NCBI GenBank assembly: GCA_964393525.1
Contig: CAYMTV010000001.1
Coordinates: 82,178 to 144,691 of the forward strand
Direction: 5' to 3'
Length of the DNA: 62,514 nucleotides
Origin: an uncultured Gammaproteobacteria bacterium
GTDB lineage: Bacteria; Patescibacteriota; Microgenomatia; Daviesbacterales; UBA10151
Shown: positions 18,276 to 28,565 of the stretch, one piece after another
Numbering within the stretch: the stretch's first letter is position 1
How the letters are laid out: the number at the start of each line of letters is the position of its first letter
Notes under the pieces: model-generated
Told to the model about the DNA's origin: nothing
What the model saw: the letters and a program-made list of their open reading frames with translations, nothing else
The model's database searches: none
Position numbers and translations under genes: made by a program

Positions 18276-19466
18276 CTAAGGTATGTGCCAGTAGAGGGTA
18301 ACGACCCCATTTTTGTGATCTACAAAAACTCCTTTTCCAACAGTGTTTGTTAAGTAGCAAGCCCTGCTATCTTGGGTGGCATAAGCAGTCCCATCCTCTG
18401 CGGCGTAAATGGAAGAGCCGTAGTGATCTGCAATATCCAACCCCGAGTGTGTCCCCAAAAAGTAAACCTGGCCAAAACGGGTTGTTATATCTCCATTATT
18501 ACAAGTTCCTCCTTGAGAACAGTCATTGCTGGAATAGCTTGAGGTGGGTTTGGAAAATCTGCCTGAATCAATATAGGGTTTGGGGTCAACCTTATTACTT
18601 GATCCGACAATAATCCCATTTTCAACATGAGCCGGAGTCATGACCTCAAAATGCAGATGCGGCCCGGTTGAGCAACCGGTATTCCCAACCGAGGCAATCC
18701 GCTCGCCTTTTTTAACATCCCCCAATTTTACTCCTTTACTCCCTAAAGCTCTGGCAATGGAGTCTGCATCCGCCCGAAGCCTTGCTAAAATCTCCTGGAA
18801 TTTTGCTTCATTATTTTTAGTAACTGCTAAAAGCTCTTCTTTTTCTTTTTTTTGAGCTTCAAGTTGAATCTCATAAACCTCTAAGTCTTTTTTTAGTTTC
18901 TGCTGTTGGATCTGACGGACTTGTTTATCCTGCTTTTGGTCATTGTAGGTAGTTTTGGTCGCCTGAAGCTGGTATAAAACTTTTTTGTCATTGGCCTGGG
19001 CTACTTGAATATACTTAATTCTCTCCAAAAGATCGGAAAAGCCGTGCGAAGAAAAAATTAAATCTATGGTGGAGTAATTTCCAAATTTATAGGTGCTGAC
19101 AATTCGGTTTAGTAAAACCTCCGAAATTGAATCAACAGAGGCAGAAATTCGGGTGATCCTGCCCGAAAGTTCCTCAATTTGCTTATCTAGTTTGGTGATC
19201 TGGAATTTTGTCTCGTCTATCTTTAACTCGGTTAATTTATTTTGGGTGTCAATATATTTTAGCTGAGAGTTTAGGGTTTTTTCCTGAGCCTGAGTTTGTG
19301 CAAGCTGCTCTTCAACCCGCTTAATCTCTTCCCTTTTTTCCCTAAGCGCTACGTCAAGCTCGTCTTCGGATTGAGCAAAACTTATCTTTGGAAAAGTAAG
19401 TACAGCAATTAATAAAGTTGTAAGTATTAGTCTAAACAGGAATTTAGGGAAGGCGTTTTTGCTCAT
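18276..19466 (-). CDS. Coiled-coil + circularly permuted M23 peptidase (FtsEX-associated murein hydrolase candidate)
   Basis: Signal peptide, long coiled coil, then STGPHLHFEV followed by HSGLD...TLYWH; directly downstream of ftsX. Confidence 0.85.
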   Translation of the reverse strand: MSKNAFPKFLFRLILTTLLIAVLTFPKISFAQSEDELDVALREKREEIKRVEEQLAQTQAQEKTLNSQLKYIDTQNKLTELKIDETKFQITKLDKQIEELSGRITRISASVDSISEVLLNRIVSTYKFGNYSTIDLIFSSHGFSDLLERIKYIQVAQANDKKVLYQLQATKTTYNDQKQDKQVRQIQQQKLKKDLEVYEIQLEAQKKEKEELLAVTKNNEAKFQEILARLRADADSIARALGSKGVKLGDVKKGERIASVGNTGCSTGPHLHFEVMTPAHVENGIIVGSSNKVDPKPYIDSGRFSKPTSSYSSNDCSQGGTCNNGDITTRFGQVYFLGTHSGLDIADHYGSSIYAAEDGTAYATQDSRACYLTNTVGKGVFVDHKNGVVTLYWHIP

Positions 19467-19489
19467 AACTTCAAAGGGTGATTTTGAAT

Positions 19490-20359
19490 TTAAACTTTTA
19501 GATATCGCCTAACTGCTCCAAAAGAACCAAGCCCGCCAATTATAAAAGCCACAACGCTGGTAACTAAAAGAAGAAGCAGCATGATAAGAGGTGCAACGGG
19601 CAAAAGGTTGATTTCCGAGAGCGCAGGCTCAATAAAAGGCGTAAAGTACCAGAGAATCATATAGCTAACACCCCAAGCCAGAATGGCCCCGACTATCCCA
19701 TAAAAGATTCCCTCCCAGATAAATGGTGCTCTGATAAACCAGTTGGATGCACCTAAAAGCTTCATGATTTCTATCTCATTTCGGCGGATTCTGATCTTAA
19801 ACCCGATTACCATAACTATTACCAGGAAGGCAAATACCACCAAAAACCCTACCGCCACCGCTCCAACGGTCCTGACGATCGAGGTGGCCCGGGTTAAAGA
19901 TTGAATAACATCTTCCGGATAAATTACTTGATCTACTACCGGTTCTCTTTTTAAAACTTCGGCAATTGGACCGAGGTCGTTTGGGGAAGCGGTAGAAACT
20001 TCAAGCGATGAGGGTAAAATATTTGCTGTGACAAGCTCCAGTAGTGCCGGATTGTCTTTGTTTCTATCCCTGTAAATTTGCAGGGCCTCTTCTTTAGAGA
20101 CAAATTTTAACCCGGTTATCCTACCTGTCTGCTGCAGGGCGTTTTCAATTGCCCTGATATCTTGGGCAGTTGTCCCATCTTTGAAAAAAGCAATGGCTTG
20201 AGGCTTACTTTCATAGTATTGGAGAATTTTTTGCGAACCCATCGCCAAAAGCAAAAACAAATTTAAAATCAGAAAGGTTAGAAACATAACCATGGTTGCA
20301 GCCAGAGCCTGGTAGGGGGTTCGTCTGATATTTCTTCTGGCAAATTTTATGGTTTTCAT
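19490..20359 (-). CDS. ftsX: Cell division permease FtsX
   Basis: 4 TM with a large loop; FVSKEEAL...NILPSSLEV; RRNEIEIMKLLGASNWFIRAPF. Confidence 0.93.
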   Translation of the reverse strand: MKTIKFARRNIRRTPYQALAATMVMFLTFLILNLFLLLAMGSQKILQYYESKPQAIAFFKDGTTAQDIRAIENALQQTGRITGLKFVSKEEALQIYRDRNKDNPALLELVTANILPSSLEVSTASPNDLGPIAEVLKREPVVDQVIYPEDVIQSLTRATSIVRTVGAVAVGFLVVFAFLVIVMVIGFKIRIRRNEIEIMKLLGASNWFIRAPFIWEGIFYGIVGAILAWGVSYMILWYFTPFIEPALSEINLLPVAPLIMLLLLLVTSVVAFIIGGLGSFGAVRRYLKV

Positions 20360-20366
20360 GAGCAGC

Positions 20367-21053
20367 TTAGTGCAGTTCGTACTTACCTTCAGGTTTGTCT
20401 TTGGTTATTTTCCCATCTCTTATTGCAACCACCCTTTTTTTCAAAGTATTAACAATTTCTACATTATGGGTAGCCATAACTATGGTTGTACCCCAGGAGT
20501 TAATTTCATTTAAAAGCTGGATTACTCCCCAGGAAGTTTGAGGGTCCAAGTCTCCGGTTGGCTCATCTGCCAAAAGTATATCCGGTTTTCCAATCATAGC
20601 CCGGGCAATAGCTGTTCTTTGAGCCTCTCCTCCTGAAAGCTGGTTTGGAAATAAGTTTCTTCTATTCCAAATTTCAAAAAGCTTTAAAATCCTTTCTACT
20701 TCTTTGTGGATTTCCTCATCCGGCAAGTCCCGAACCTCCAGGGCAATGGCAATATTTTCAAAAACCGTTCTATCATCCAAAAGCTTAAAGTCCTGAAAAA
20801 CAAAGCCAACCTTTCTTCTATAAAGCGGGATTTCTTTATTCTTCAGCCTGGTGATGTCTATATCATCAATCAGAATTTTTCCGGATGTTGGCAGGTATTC
20901 TCTGGCAAGAAGCCTAAGAAGAGTGGATTTACCGGCGCCGGAGGGTCCAACCAAAAAAACGAACTCACCGCCTTTAATCTCTAAGTTAATATCTGAGACA
21001 GCGGTAATCGTTGAGCTGAATTTTTTAGAAACGTCATCGAATTTGATAAGCAT
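20367..21053 (-). CDS. ftsE: Cell division ATP-binding protein FtsE
   Basis: GPSGAGKST, VFQDFKLL, LSGGEAQR, LADEPTGDLD; adjacent to ftsX. Confidence 0.93.
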   Translation of the reverse strand: MLIKFDDVSKKFSSTITAVSDINLEIKGGEFVFLVGPSGAGKSTLLRLLAREYLPTSGKILIDDIDITRLKNKEIPLYRRKVGFVFQDFKLLDDRTVFENIAIALEVRDLPDEEIHKEVERILKLFEIWNRRNLFPNQLSGGEAQRTAIARAMIGKPDILLADEPTGDLDPQTSWGVIQLLNEINSWGTTIVMATHNVEIVNTLKKRVVAIRDGKITKDKPEGKYELH

Positions 21054-21060
21054 AATGACA

Positions 21061-21489
21061 TCATTGTTCTTCTACTCTGCAGACATCCATAAGCCAGCCT
21101 TCTTTAAGGGCTTTTTGAGTTTCCCCGGTGACTTTGACTTTCTTATTTTCATACTGCGAAAGATCAATTCCGGAGGAAGTTAAAGCGACCGGCGCAGCAC
21201 CATCCCTTACTAAAAGGTGAGTGCCTTCAATGTAAGTTTCACCGCTCTTGGGTGCAGGTTTTTTGGTAACTTTACCTGTAGCAAAGTCCTTACAAACCCT
21301 GGTATCTTGAGAGAAATTTTTTGGCGGTTGGTTTAGCAAGATAGGCTGCCCGGGTGCCTTAGCTGAGGAGGATAAGAAATAGCCGGTACCGACTCCTGCC
21401 AGGAGGGCAAAGCCAAATATTGCTCCAAAGAGCTTCATATTAGACTGCCCAAAATTGAGTTTCTTAACAAAAGAGACATCAAACCTCAT
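21061..21489 (-). CDS. Membrane-anchored hypothetical protein, possible small beta/OB-like domain
   Basis: One TM; Cys pair; DLSQYENKKVKVTG motif; 7-nt gap to ftsE. Confidence 0.65.
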   Translation of the reverse strand: MRFDVSFVKKLNFGQSNMKLFGAIFGFALLAGVGTGYFLSSSAKAPGQPILLNQPPKNFSQDTRVCKDFATGKVTKKPAPKSGETYIEGTHLLVRDGAAPVALTSSGIDLSQYENKKVKVTGETQKALKEGWLMDVCRVEEQ

Positions 21490-21541
21490 AAGTTAATTAA
21501 TTGTAGCATAACTAAAATTTCCTACAACTATTAATTTTTTT

Positions 21542-22612
21542 CTAAAGTTGAGTTATTTCTGCTTCTAAAAATTGGGTTAAATCCCCGTTTAGTACACCCT
21601 CGGCGTTTGATGTTTCAACATTGGTTCTTAAATCCTTAACCATTTTATAAGGGTGAAGTACATAAGAGCGGATCTGAGTCCCCCATGAGGCTTGGGTAGT
21701 CTCCCCCTTAAGTTCATCAAGCACTTTTTTATCCTGAGCTTGGCGAAGAGCCCATAATTTTCCAGCCAGAAGTTTTAAAGCATTTTCCCTGTTTTGTAGT
21801 TGTGATCTTTCAGTTTGAGCTGTAACTACAATACCGGTTGGGATATGTTTAACCCTTACTGCAGTAGAGACTTTATTAACATTTTGTCCTCCAGCACCAC
21901 CCGAACGGAATGCTTCAAACTCTATATCTGCTTCATTTAGCTCAACTTCCTCGGTGTTTTCTATAACAGGTAAAACCTCAACCAGTGCAAAAGAAGTTTG
22001 CCTTAAATTATCTGAATTGAAAGGAGATTGTCGCACGAGTCTATGAGTGCCTTTTTCGCCTTTTAAATAGCCGTAAGCAAAAGAAGCATGGACAATAATA
22101 GTTATTGTCTTAATACCTGCTTCTTCGCCGGGACTTTCATCGGAAATTTCGTATTCCCAGCCCATTTTTTCAAAGTACCGCTGATACATCCGAGCAAGCA
22201 TTTGTGCCCAATCCATAGCTTCAACTCCTCCAGTTCCTGAATGAACTGAAAGGATTGCTTCAGACTCATCATGTGGGTTGGATAAAAACATCTTAAGTTC
22301 AAGGTCGGACAGAAGTTCCTCAATTTGACTAACTTCTTTTTGCAAATCAGAAAGCATTTCTGCTTCTTCTGAGATTTCCAGCGCGTTACTGATTCTTTCT
22401 TGTAGCTTTTCTAAGGTTTCTAATGTTTTTTGTTTGTCTGAAAGCGTCCGACTGATGACTGAAGACTCTTTGGGATCATTCCAAAAGCCCTCTTTCATGG
22501 TTTGAGCCTCAAGCTCTCTAATTTCTTTTCTTAATTCATCAGGGTTACTCTTTTGTAAAATAGTTTCGAGCCGATGTTTCTGGTTTTTTAGTTTAGTTTG
22601 AATTTCTTCCAT
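21542..22612 (-). CDS. prfB: Peptide chain release factor 2
   Basis: GGQ motif ([12 protein letters not shown]), SPF motif (LVRQSPF), [13 protein letters not shown]. Confidence 0.96.
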   Translation of the reverse strand: MEEIQTKLKNQKHRLETILQKSNPDELRKEIRELEAQTMKEGFWNDPKESSVISRTLSDKQKTLETLEKLQERISNALEISEEAEMLSDLQKEVSQIEELLSDLELKMFLSNPHDESEAILSVHSGTGGVEAMDWAQMLARMYQRYFEKMGWEYEISDESPGEEAGIKTITIIVHASFAYGYLKGEKGTHRLVRQSPFNSDNLRQTSFALVEVLPVIENTEEVELNEADIEFEAFRSGGAGGQNVNKVSTAVRVKHIPTGIVVTAQTERSQLQNRENALKLLAGKLWALRQAQDKKVLDELKGETTQASWGTQIRSYVLHPYKMVKDLRTNVETSNAEGVLNGDLTQFLEAEITQL

Positions 22613-22651
22613 GGGACAAATTATATATTAAGTTTGTTATCATTTCATTTA

Positions 22652-24121
22652 GTGAAGAAATTTCTACTTGCTTTATTGGTAGTATTGCCAGTTTTATTTT
22701 ATGGATCCAGTTTATTTCCGAAGGAAAAAAGCTTTGCTTTATATTATAGTTTTGCCCAGGATGATTTTATTCATTTAAATGCCAGCAAAGCTTCAAATAT
22801 TTTAGAGTTTCTAAATTTTTTTAATCCTTTTTACCAATTTCCTGATATCTTCTTTTACCGTCCGCTTCCAACACAAGTCCATTTTTTTATAAATTCACAA
22901 ATTTTTGGATTAAACCCGCTCCCGTTTCATGTTGAATCATTAATTTTCCATCTTCTTAATACATGGCTGTTTTATTTAATTGTAAAAAAGCTCTGGAAAG
23001 ATCGGACAATAGCTTTTATTTCCACCTTGTTTTACGGGGTATCGGCTGCCCATTTCCTATCTTTGTTTTATATCTCCGCATTCCAACAAGTGGCTAGAAC
23101 TTTTTACCTTCTTCTATCCATTTTTTTATGGATCAAATTTTTTGAGGTCAGAAAAACTATATTATATATATTGGGATTAGTAAGCTTTATTGCGGCATTA
23201 TTATCAAAAGAATCATCTATAGTTTTACCGCCATTTTTACTCCTAGTTGATTTTCTTTTAGAAGGAAGGAATGTTTTGAAAGAAAGAATAAAATATTTAC
23301 TTCCATATTTTGCAATTGCAGGAATTTATCTATTAATCAGATTGTCAGGATTTCAAACTATTTTTGGAAAAGGGGAGTATGATGTAAGTTTTTCTTTATT
23401 TAACATTTTGCAAAACTTAAAGTGGTATATTCTTTGGAGCTTTGGGTTACCGGAAATTCTCTCAACTTATCCAAGTTTAGGATTAAACTCTCTTATTCAA
23501 TTTACTAGAGATTTCTCAAGTGGTGGAGTAATAATATTGTTTTTTGGAGTTTTCATCTTTCTTGTCATTTCGAGTGTAGCGAGAAATCTCAAGATGAATC
23601 TGAAGATCTCTCAACTAACGTTTCGAGATTATAGAAATAGAGCCTTTTTATATTCCATACTAATTTTTTTCATCTCATTAATTCCGGTTTTGTTCTTAAG
23701 AGAGCATAAATATCCCCAGTATTTGGATTTAGCATTTTTGGGGGTATTACCAATATTTGCCTGGATAATTTTAAATGCTAAGTGGAAAGTTTTGGGTTAT
23801 ACAATAATTTTAGTATTTATTGCTTTACAATATTTTTCTATACAACTCTCGGAACAAACTCATTGGACAACCAAAAGAAGTGTAGTTGCAGATTATTATC
23901 AAAAATCTTTTAAAGAAAAATATCCAAATATTGCTGAAAATTCTAGGATATTCTTAGTAGGATCTAGTGAACAAGCAAGAGAGGTTTCGCATGCTTTAGC
24001 CGGAAAATATGCCTTCTTAGTTTGGTATCCTGGAAAAATTTCTGAAGTTAAATACTTGGAAGAAAAAGATTTACCAAAAGATAGAAACAATGTAATTATA
24101 GAATATTTAAGTAAGTATTAA
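22652..24121 (+). CDS. GT-C-like polytopic membrane protein
   Basis: QDDFIHL...FFYRPL...GLNPLPFH...LIFHLLN pattern. GTG 22652 is preferred; the track start 22598 overlaps prfB. Confidence 0.7.
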   Translation: MKKFLLALLVVLPVLFYGSSLFPKEKSFALYYSFAQDDFIHLNASKASNILEFLNFFNPFYQFPDIFFYRPLPTQVHFFINSQIFGLNPLPFHVESLIFHLLNTWLFYLIVKKLWKDRTIAFISTLFYGVSAAHFLSLFYISAFQQVARTFYLLLSIFLWIKFFEVRKTILYILGLVSFIAALLSKESSIVLPPFLLLVDFLLEGRNVLKERIKYLLPYFAIAGIYLLIRLSGFQTIFGKGEYDVSFSLFNILQNLKWYILWSFGLPEILSTYPSLGLNSLIQFTRDFSSGGVIILFFGVFIFLVISSVARNLKMNLKISQLTFRDYRNRAFLYSILIFFISLIPVLFLREHKYPQYLDLAFLGVLPIFAWIILNAKWKVLGYTIILVFIALQYFSIQLSEQTHWTTKRSVVADYYQKSFKEKYPNIAENSRIFLVGSSEQAREVSHALAGKYAFLVWYPGKISEVKYLEEKDLPKDRNNVIIEYLSKY

Positions 24122-25333
24122 TTATTCATACCTTAGAGCCTGGATTGGGTCTAACTTAGCTGCTCTAATAGCTGGGGCAACACCAAAAATTACTCCTACT
24201 AAAATTGAAAATCCAAATGATAGTCCTACTGACCAAAGAGGTACTGTTGTCTGAAGAAACCGTCCTGCAAGAAGTGATAATAGATAACCTAAAATAATAC
24301 CAATTATCCCTCCTATGCCGGATAAGGTTAAAGCTTCTATTAAAAACTGATTTCTAATATCTTTTGATTTAGCTCCTAAGGCTTTTCTTAATCCAATTTC
24401 TCTGGTTCTTTCTGTGACCGATACAAGCATTATATTCATAATCCCAATCCCGCCAACAATTAAAGAAATTGCAGCAATTCCTCCTAAAGCCAAAGTTAAA
24501 ACATTAGTAATTGTAGAGATTATAGATAAAGTTTGTTCTTGGGTCTGAACCGTAAAATCATCCTCTGCAAGCCTTTTACTTAAAATGTTTTTAACTTTTT
24601 CTTGAACCTCCTTTGTTTTATCAGATTCATTGGCAGCAATTACTATATTGTGAATATTATCTTCCCCGAATTGTTTTTGAGCGGAGGTTAATGGTATTAA
24701 AGCCACATTATCCAAATCTAATCCTAAATTAGATCCTCTAATTCCTAAAACCCCAACAATTGAATACCTTAAGTTACCTATTTGAATTTGCGCACCTAAA
24801 GCATTCGCATCACAAGACTCTATGTCATTGCAAAATAATTTCTTTTTTACTGTTGGGCCAATAACTGCAACCCTTTTTCCGGAACCAGCTTCTGACTGGC
24901 TCATGTATCTCCCTTCAGCTATTTTTAATGCTTTAATTATCTTTGGGTAACTTGCCTCAACCCCAACAATAGTTACTCCCTTATCTTCCTTATTTTTATA
25001 CTCAACCTTGGTAGTTTTTTGGATTGCGGCAGAGACTTCAGCTTCAGCTTTTAATTTAGTCCGTAAATTTATGGCATCCTCCAAAATAAGTCTGTTGGTT
25101 TGAATACCGCCCGGTCCCCTACCTCCACCGATTTGGCCGGGTATTACAAACATCACATTAGAGCCTAAAGAGGCAATCTGATCGGTAATAAAACTTTTCA
25201 AACCTGAAACTAGGGATATCAGTAAAATTACTGAAGTCACACCAATAACAATTCCTAAAACAGTCAAAAAAGACCGGAGCCTGTTTGCAATTATTGCGGT
25301 GAATGCAAGTTGTATTGTCTCAAGCGGGTTCAT
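24122..25333 (-). CDS. MacB-family ABC transporter permease
   Basis: [16 protein letters not shown]; [20 protein letters not shown]; [10 protein letters not shown]. Confidence 0.93.
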   Translation of the reverse strand: MNPLETIQLAFTAIIANRLRSFLTVLGIVIGVTSVILLISLVSGLKSFITDQIASLGSNVMFVIPGQIGGGRGPGGIQTNRLILEDAINLRTKLKAEAEVSAAIQKTTKVEYKNKEDKGVTIVGVEASYPKIIKALKIAEGRYMSQSEAGSGKRVAVIGPTVKKKLFCNDIESCDANALGAQIQIGNLRYSIVGVLGIRGSNLGLDLDNVALIPLTSAQKQFGEDNIHNIVIAANESDKTKEVQEKVKNILSKRLAEDDFTVQTQEQTLSIISTITNVLTLALGGIAAISLIVGGIGIMNIMLVSVTERTREIGLRKALGAKSKDIRNQFLIEALTLSGIGGIIGIILGYLLSLLAGRFLQTTVPLWSVGLSFGFSILVGVIFGVAPAIRAAKLDPIQALRYE

Positions 25334-25998
25334 ATAACCTGCCCGTCTTTTAGAGAAATAGTCCTGTTGGCATATCTTGCAATAGTTTGTTCATGAGTTA
25401 TAAGTATTATGGTTTTTCCCTCCTGGTTAAGCTTTTTTAAAAGTTTTAAAATCTCTATACCGGTTTTAGAGTCTAAATTGCCGGTTGGTTCATCAGCAAA
25501 AATGACTTGCGGGTTTGTAACCAATGCTCTGGCAATAGCTACTCTTTGTTGCTGTCCACCTGATAATTGATTAGGTCTTGATAAAAGTTTATTCAAAAGA
25601 CCCACCCTTTCAAGCATTTTTTCGGCCCTAAAATTTCTTTCCGTTTTTGAAATGCCTGAATAAATTAAAGGTAAAGCCACATTATCTAAAGCAGAAGTTC
25701 TATTTAAAAGATTAAAGCTTTGAAAAACAAACCCGATTTTTTTATTTCGCAAGGTTGCCAGAGTATCATCTTTAAGTTTAGAAACGTCCTTATCATCCAA
25801 AAAATAAGACCCGGATGTTGGTTTATCTAAAAGCCCTAAGATATTCATTAATGTAGATTTTCCCGAACCGGATGGGCCAATAATTGCCACAAATTCTCCA
25901 GATTTAATTTCCAAGTTTATATTTTTTAAAGCTTGAAATTTTAAATCTTCATCCAGCTCAAATACTTTATTAATGTTAATTAACTTAATAAGAGGCAT
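25330..25998 (-). CDS. ABC transporter ATP-binding protein (MacB/LolD-like)
   Basis: [32 protein letters not shown]. Confidence 0.93.
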   Translation of the reverse strand: MPLIKLININKVFELDEDLKFQALKNINLEIKSGEFVAIIGPSGSGKSTLMNILGLLDKPTSGSYFLDDKDVSKLKDDTLATLRNKKIGFVFQSFNLLNRTSALDNVALPLIYSGISKTERNFRAEKMLERVGLLNKLLSRPNQLSGGQQQRVAIARALVTNPQVIFADEPTGNLDSKTGIEILKLLKKLNQEGKTIILITHEQTIARYANRTISLKDGQVI

Positions 25999-26000
25999 TG

Positions 26001-27083
26001 TTACTTTTTAATTATTGAAGGATTAGTTACGAATTCTTGATTTTCATCCAAGCCTTTTTTAATCTCAACTTCTGTATCAGAACTTAAACCTTTTTCTATT
26101 TCAACTTTTTTAAATTCTTTATCATCTTTAATATAGACAAATTTTTCATCAACAATAGCATCAATAGGAATAGCTAAAACATTTTTTGCCTGACTTGTAA
26201 TTATCCCAGCTTGGCCATTGAGACCTGAAATGAATCTGACTCCAGATGCGTTAAGTTTTACTCTGGCAATTATCACGGTTGCGCCGGAGCTTGTGGTCCT
26301 TGTTAAAGGATTTATTTCAGTAATATTTCCTTTAAACACTTTATCACCATAAGCGTTTAAAGTTATCTCAACAGGCTGGTTTAATGACACATTTACTATG
26401 TCTGACTCATCAACTTCAGCATCAAAATAAATCTCGGACTCATCAACTACTTGGGCTACTACTTCAGATGCTAAGACGTTTTGCCCGACCAAAAAATCAA
26501 GCTGGGTAATAATTCCTGATAGAGGAGAAGTAAGATAAGTATCCAAAAAAGTATGCTCGGCTTTTTTGACATCATCAAAGGCATTGTTTGAAGCAGTTTC
26601 TGCAGTTGTTCGAAGTTGTTTTTGAGTCATGGTTTCATTGGCAGAACCCACATTGGCAAATCCGCCATTTCCATATTGAAAAAGATGGATATCATCCAAG
26701 ACCTTTTCTAAAGTTGTTCTTTTATCTAATAAGTTATTCTTGGCTTGTTGCAGTGTGATTGCCTGGTTTTCTGCATCCAGCCCGGCTATAATTTGTCCTT
26801 TTTGAATAAAATCTCCTTTTTTGAAATTAACAAAGATAAGTCTTCCGGGGGTTTGAAATTTTAAATTTACGGTATTTTTTCCAGAAAGCGTACCGGATGC
26901 AGAAACTGTTTGTTTAATATCCCCTCTTTTGGCTTTGGTATATTGAATCTCCTGTTTTTGTCCGGCAAACCTGGAGATTAAGAAGGCTAAAATTGCAACA
27001 AAAACAATAGCTATTAAAAAGTAGCGCAACTTTAGAAAACGAGATAAAATGAGTGGAAACTTAAATTTAGCCATAAGATTCAA
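26001..27083 (-). CDS. Membrane-fusion/adaptor protein (MacA/HlyD-like)
   Basis: N-terminal TM, lipoyl-like halves around a coiled coil, VDESDIVNV..NQ.V, LAIPIDAI. Confidence 0.88.
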   Translation of the reverse strand: MNLMAKFKFPLILSRFLKLRYFLIAIVFVAILAFLISRFAGQKQEIQYTKAKRGDIKQTVSASGTLSGKNTVNLKFQTPGRLIFVNFKKGDFIQKGQIIAGLDAENQAITLQQAKNNLLDKRTTLEKVLDDIHLFQYGNGGFANVGSANETMTQKQLRTTAETASNNAFDDVKKAEHTFLDTYLTSPLSGIITQLDFLVGQNVLASEVVAQVVDESEIYFDAEVDESDIVNVSLNQPVEITLNAYGDKVFKGNITEINPLTRTTSSGATVIIARVKLNASGVRFISGLNGQAGIITSQAKNVLAIPIDAIVDEKFVYIKDDKEFKKVEIEKGLSSDTEVEIKKGLDENQEFVTNPSIIKK

Positions 27084-27107
27084 GAGGCATATTCTAGCAA
27101 AAATGCA

Positions 27108-27416
27108 ATGAAAAAGATACTATCGGTTGATACATCTAAAGCCAATGAGATTCAAGTGAGTCTTATTATAGGGTCTAAGATTTATACGGAAACTAGTCAG
27201 CAAAAGCTTGGCTCACAAGTTTTACTTTCACTAGTTAAAAAAATATTAAAAAACTCCAAAACAGAGATTAAAGATTTAACCGAGATAAAAGTTAATACCG
27301 GTCCTGGATCTTTTACTGGAATAAAGGTAGGAGTTTCAGTTGCCAATGCTTTAGCTTTCGCTGTAAAAATTCCGGTTAATGGAAAAAAGATAGAGACAGA
27401 TTTGAAATATGAGTAA
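27108..27416 (+). CDS. tsaB: Short TsaB (t6A biosynthesis), N-terminal half only
   Basis: ILSVDTS; TGPGSFTGIKVG..VANALA; only 102 aa. Confidence 0.8.
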   Translation: MKKILSVDTSKANEIQVSLIIGSKIYTETSQQKLGSQVLLSLVKKILKNSKTEIKDLTEIKVNTGPGSFTGIKVGVSVANALAFAVKIPVNGKKIETDLKYE

Positions 27417-27447
27417 TCTTGCCTTGTATAGATGATATACTGATTTT

Positions 27448-28326
27448 ATGCGGATATCACACTTTTTTCTGCCACACCCAAAGACTCATAAAAAAGCCCA
27501 TTTAATTTCAATTCCAGCGCTTTTGACCTACATTGCCCTGTTTATCTTTTTGCAGTTTAGTTTAAGCTTCATTAATAAAGTGAATCCCGGGGTTTTGGGG
27601 ATAAATTCTTCGATTAATCAGCAAGAGCTTATTACGCTGACTAATGCCGAAAGAGCAAAAAACGGCCTGCCTCCTTTAGCTGAAAATCCTTCTTTAAGCC
27701 AGGCTGCGTTGGAAAAGGCCAAAAATATGTTTGAGGAAAATTACTGGGCCCATTATTCACCCTCGGGAAAAGACCCTTGGGGGTTTATCTCAAGGTCAGG
27801 GTATAAATTTACCCATGCCGGAGAAAATTTAGCCCGTAACTTTTACACTTCAAATGAAGTTGTACAAGCATGGATGGCTTCAACTGCCGGACACAAAGAA
27901 AACATCTTAAATTCTAAATATCAGGAAATAGGAATTGCGGTTATGGAAGGAACTTTAAATGGTGAACCAACCATACTGGTTGTTCAAGAATTTGGTCGGC
28001 CAATTGAAGCGATTGCTCAGATTCCGGAGGCAAACACGAGAGGGACTTCGCTGCAAAATGAGCCTACTCTTGCGCCAACTGCTACAGCGCAACCTAATTT
28101 AACTGCAGGAGTTGTTGAAAATAAAAAATTAATTGATCCTTATAAACTAAATAAAAATATCGCCTTTAGTTTTCTGGGATTCATAGGGTTTCTTTTAATT
28201 ATTGACCTTTATGTCATTAGAAGAAGGGCAATCCATAGGATTGCTTCTCATCATCTGCCGCATTTAGCATTAATTTCTGTTGCCATGGGAGCTTTAATGA
28301 GTTCATCGCCCGGTTCAATACTTTAA
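27448..28326 (+). CDS. CAP/SCP-domain protein with N- and C-terminal TM segments
   Basis: LTNAER..NGLPPL, YWAHYSP, AGENLA, WMAS..HKENIL. Confidence 0.9.
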   Translation: MRISHFFLPHPKTHKKAHLISIPALLTYIALFIFLQFSLSFINKVNPGVLGINSSINQQELITLTNAERAKNGLPPLAENPSLSQAALEKAKNMFEENYWAHYSPSGKDPWGFISRSGYKFTHAGENLARNFYTSNEVVQAWMASTAGHKENILNSKYQEIGIAVMEGTLNGEPTILVVQEFGRPIEAIAQIPEANTRGTSLQNEPTLAPTATAQPNLTAGVVENKKLIDPYKLNKNIAFSFLGFIGFLLIIDLYVIRRRAIHRIASHHLPHLALISVAMGALMSSSPGSIL

Positions 28327-28565
28327 TGAAACATTTGCCTTTAATATTGTTTATACCAATTGGGATTTTCTTTTTGGCACTGATTTTTGTGGTTAATGGT
28401 AACTCGATTTTAATTTTACAAGCGGTCACTGCGCTTTCTTTGATATATTTGGTCTTTTCATTTATGCACCATCTGGCTGATAAAAGTTTGACTGTTGAGG
28501 CTTCTCTAGAGTATATTTTGATTGCAAGCTTGGTTGTAATTTTGCTTGCGGGAGTAACCATTTGA
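28326..28565 (+). CDS. Small 3-TM hypothetical membrane protein
   Basis: Coupled to both neighbours (TAATG, TTGA); HH...LEY motif. Confidence 0.7.
   Translation: MKHLPLILFIPIGIFFLALIFVVNGNSILILQAVTALSLIYLVFSFMHHLADKSLTVEASLEYILIASLVVILLAGVTI

Noticed and set aside
24122-27083. MacAB-like exporter lacking TolC as a novelty
   Set aside because: TolC-less MacAB-type systems are established in monoderm bacteria (e.g. Bacillus YknXYZ).
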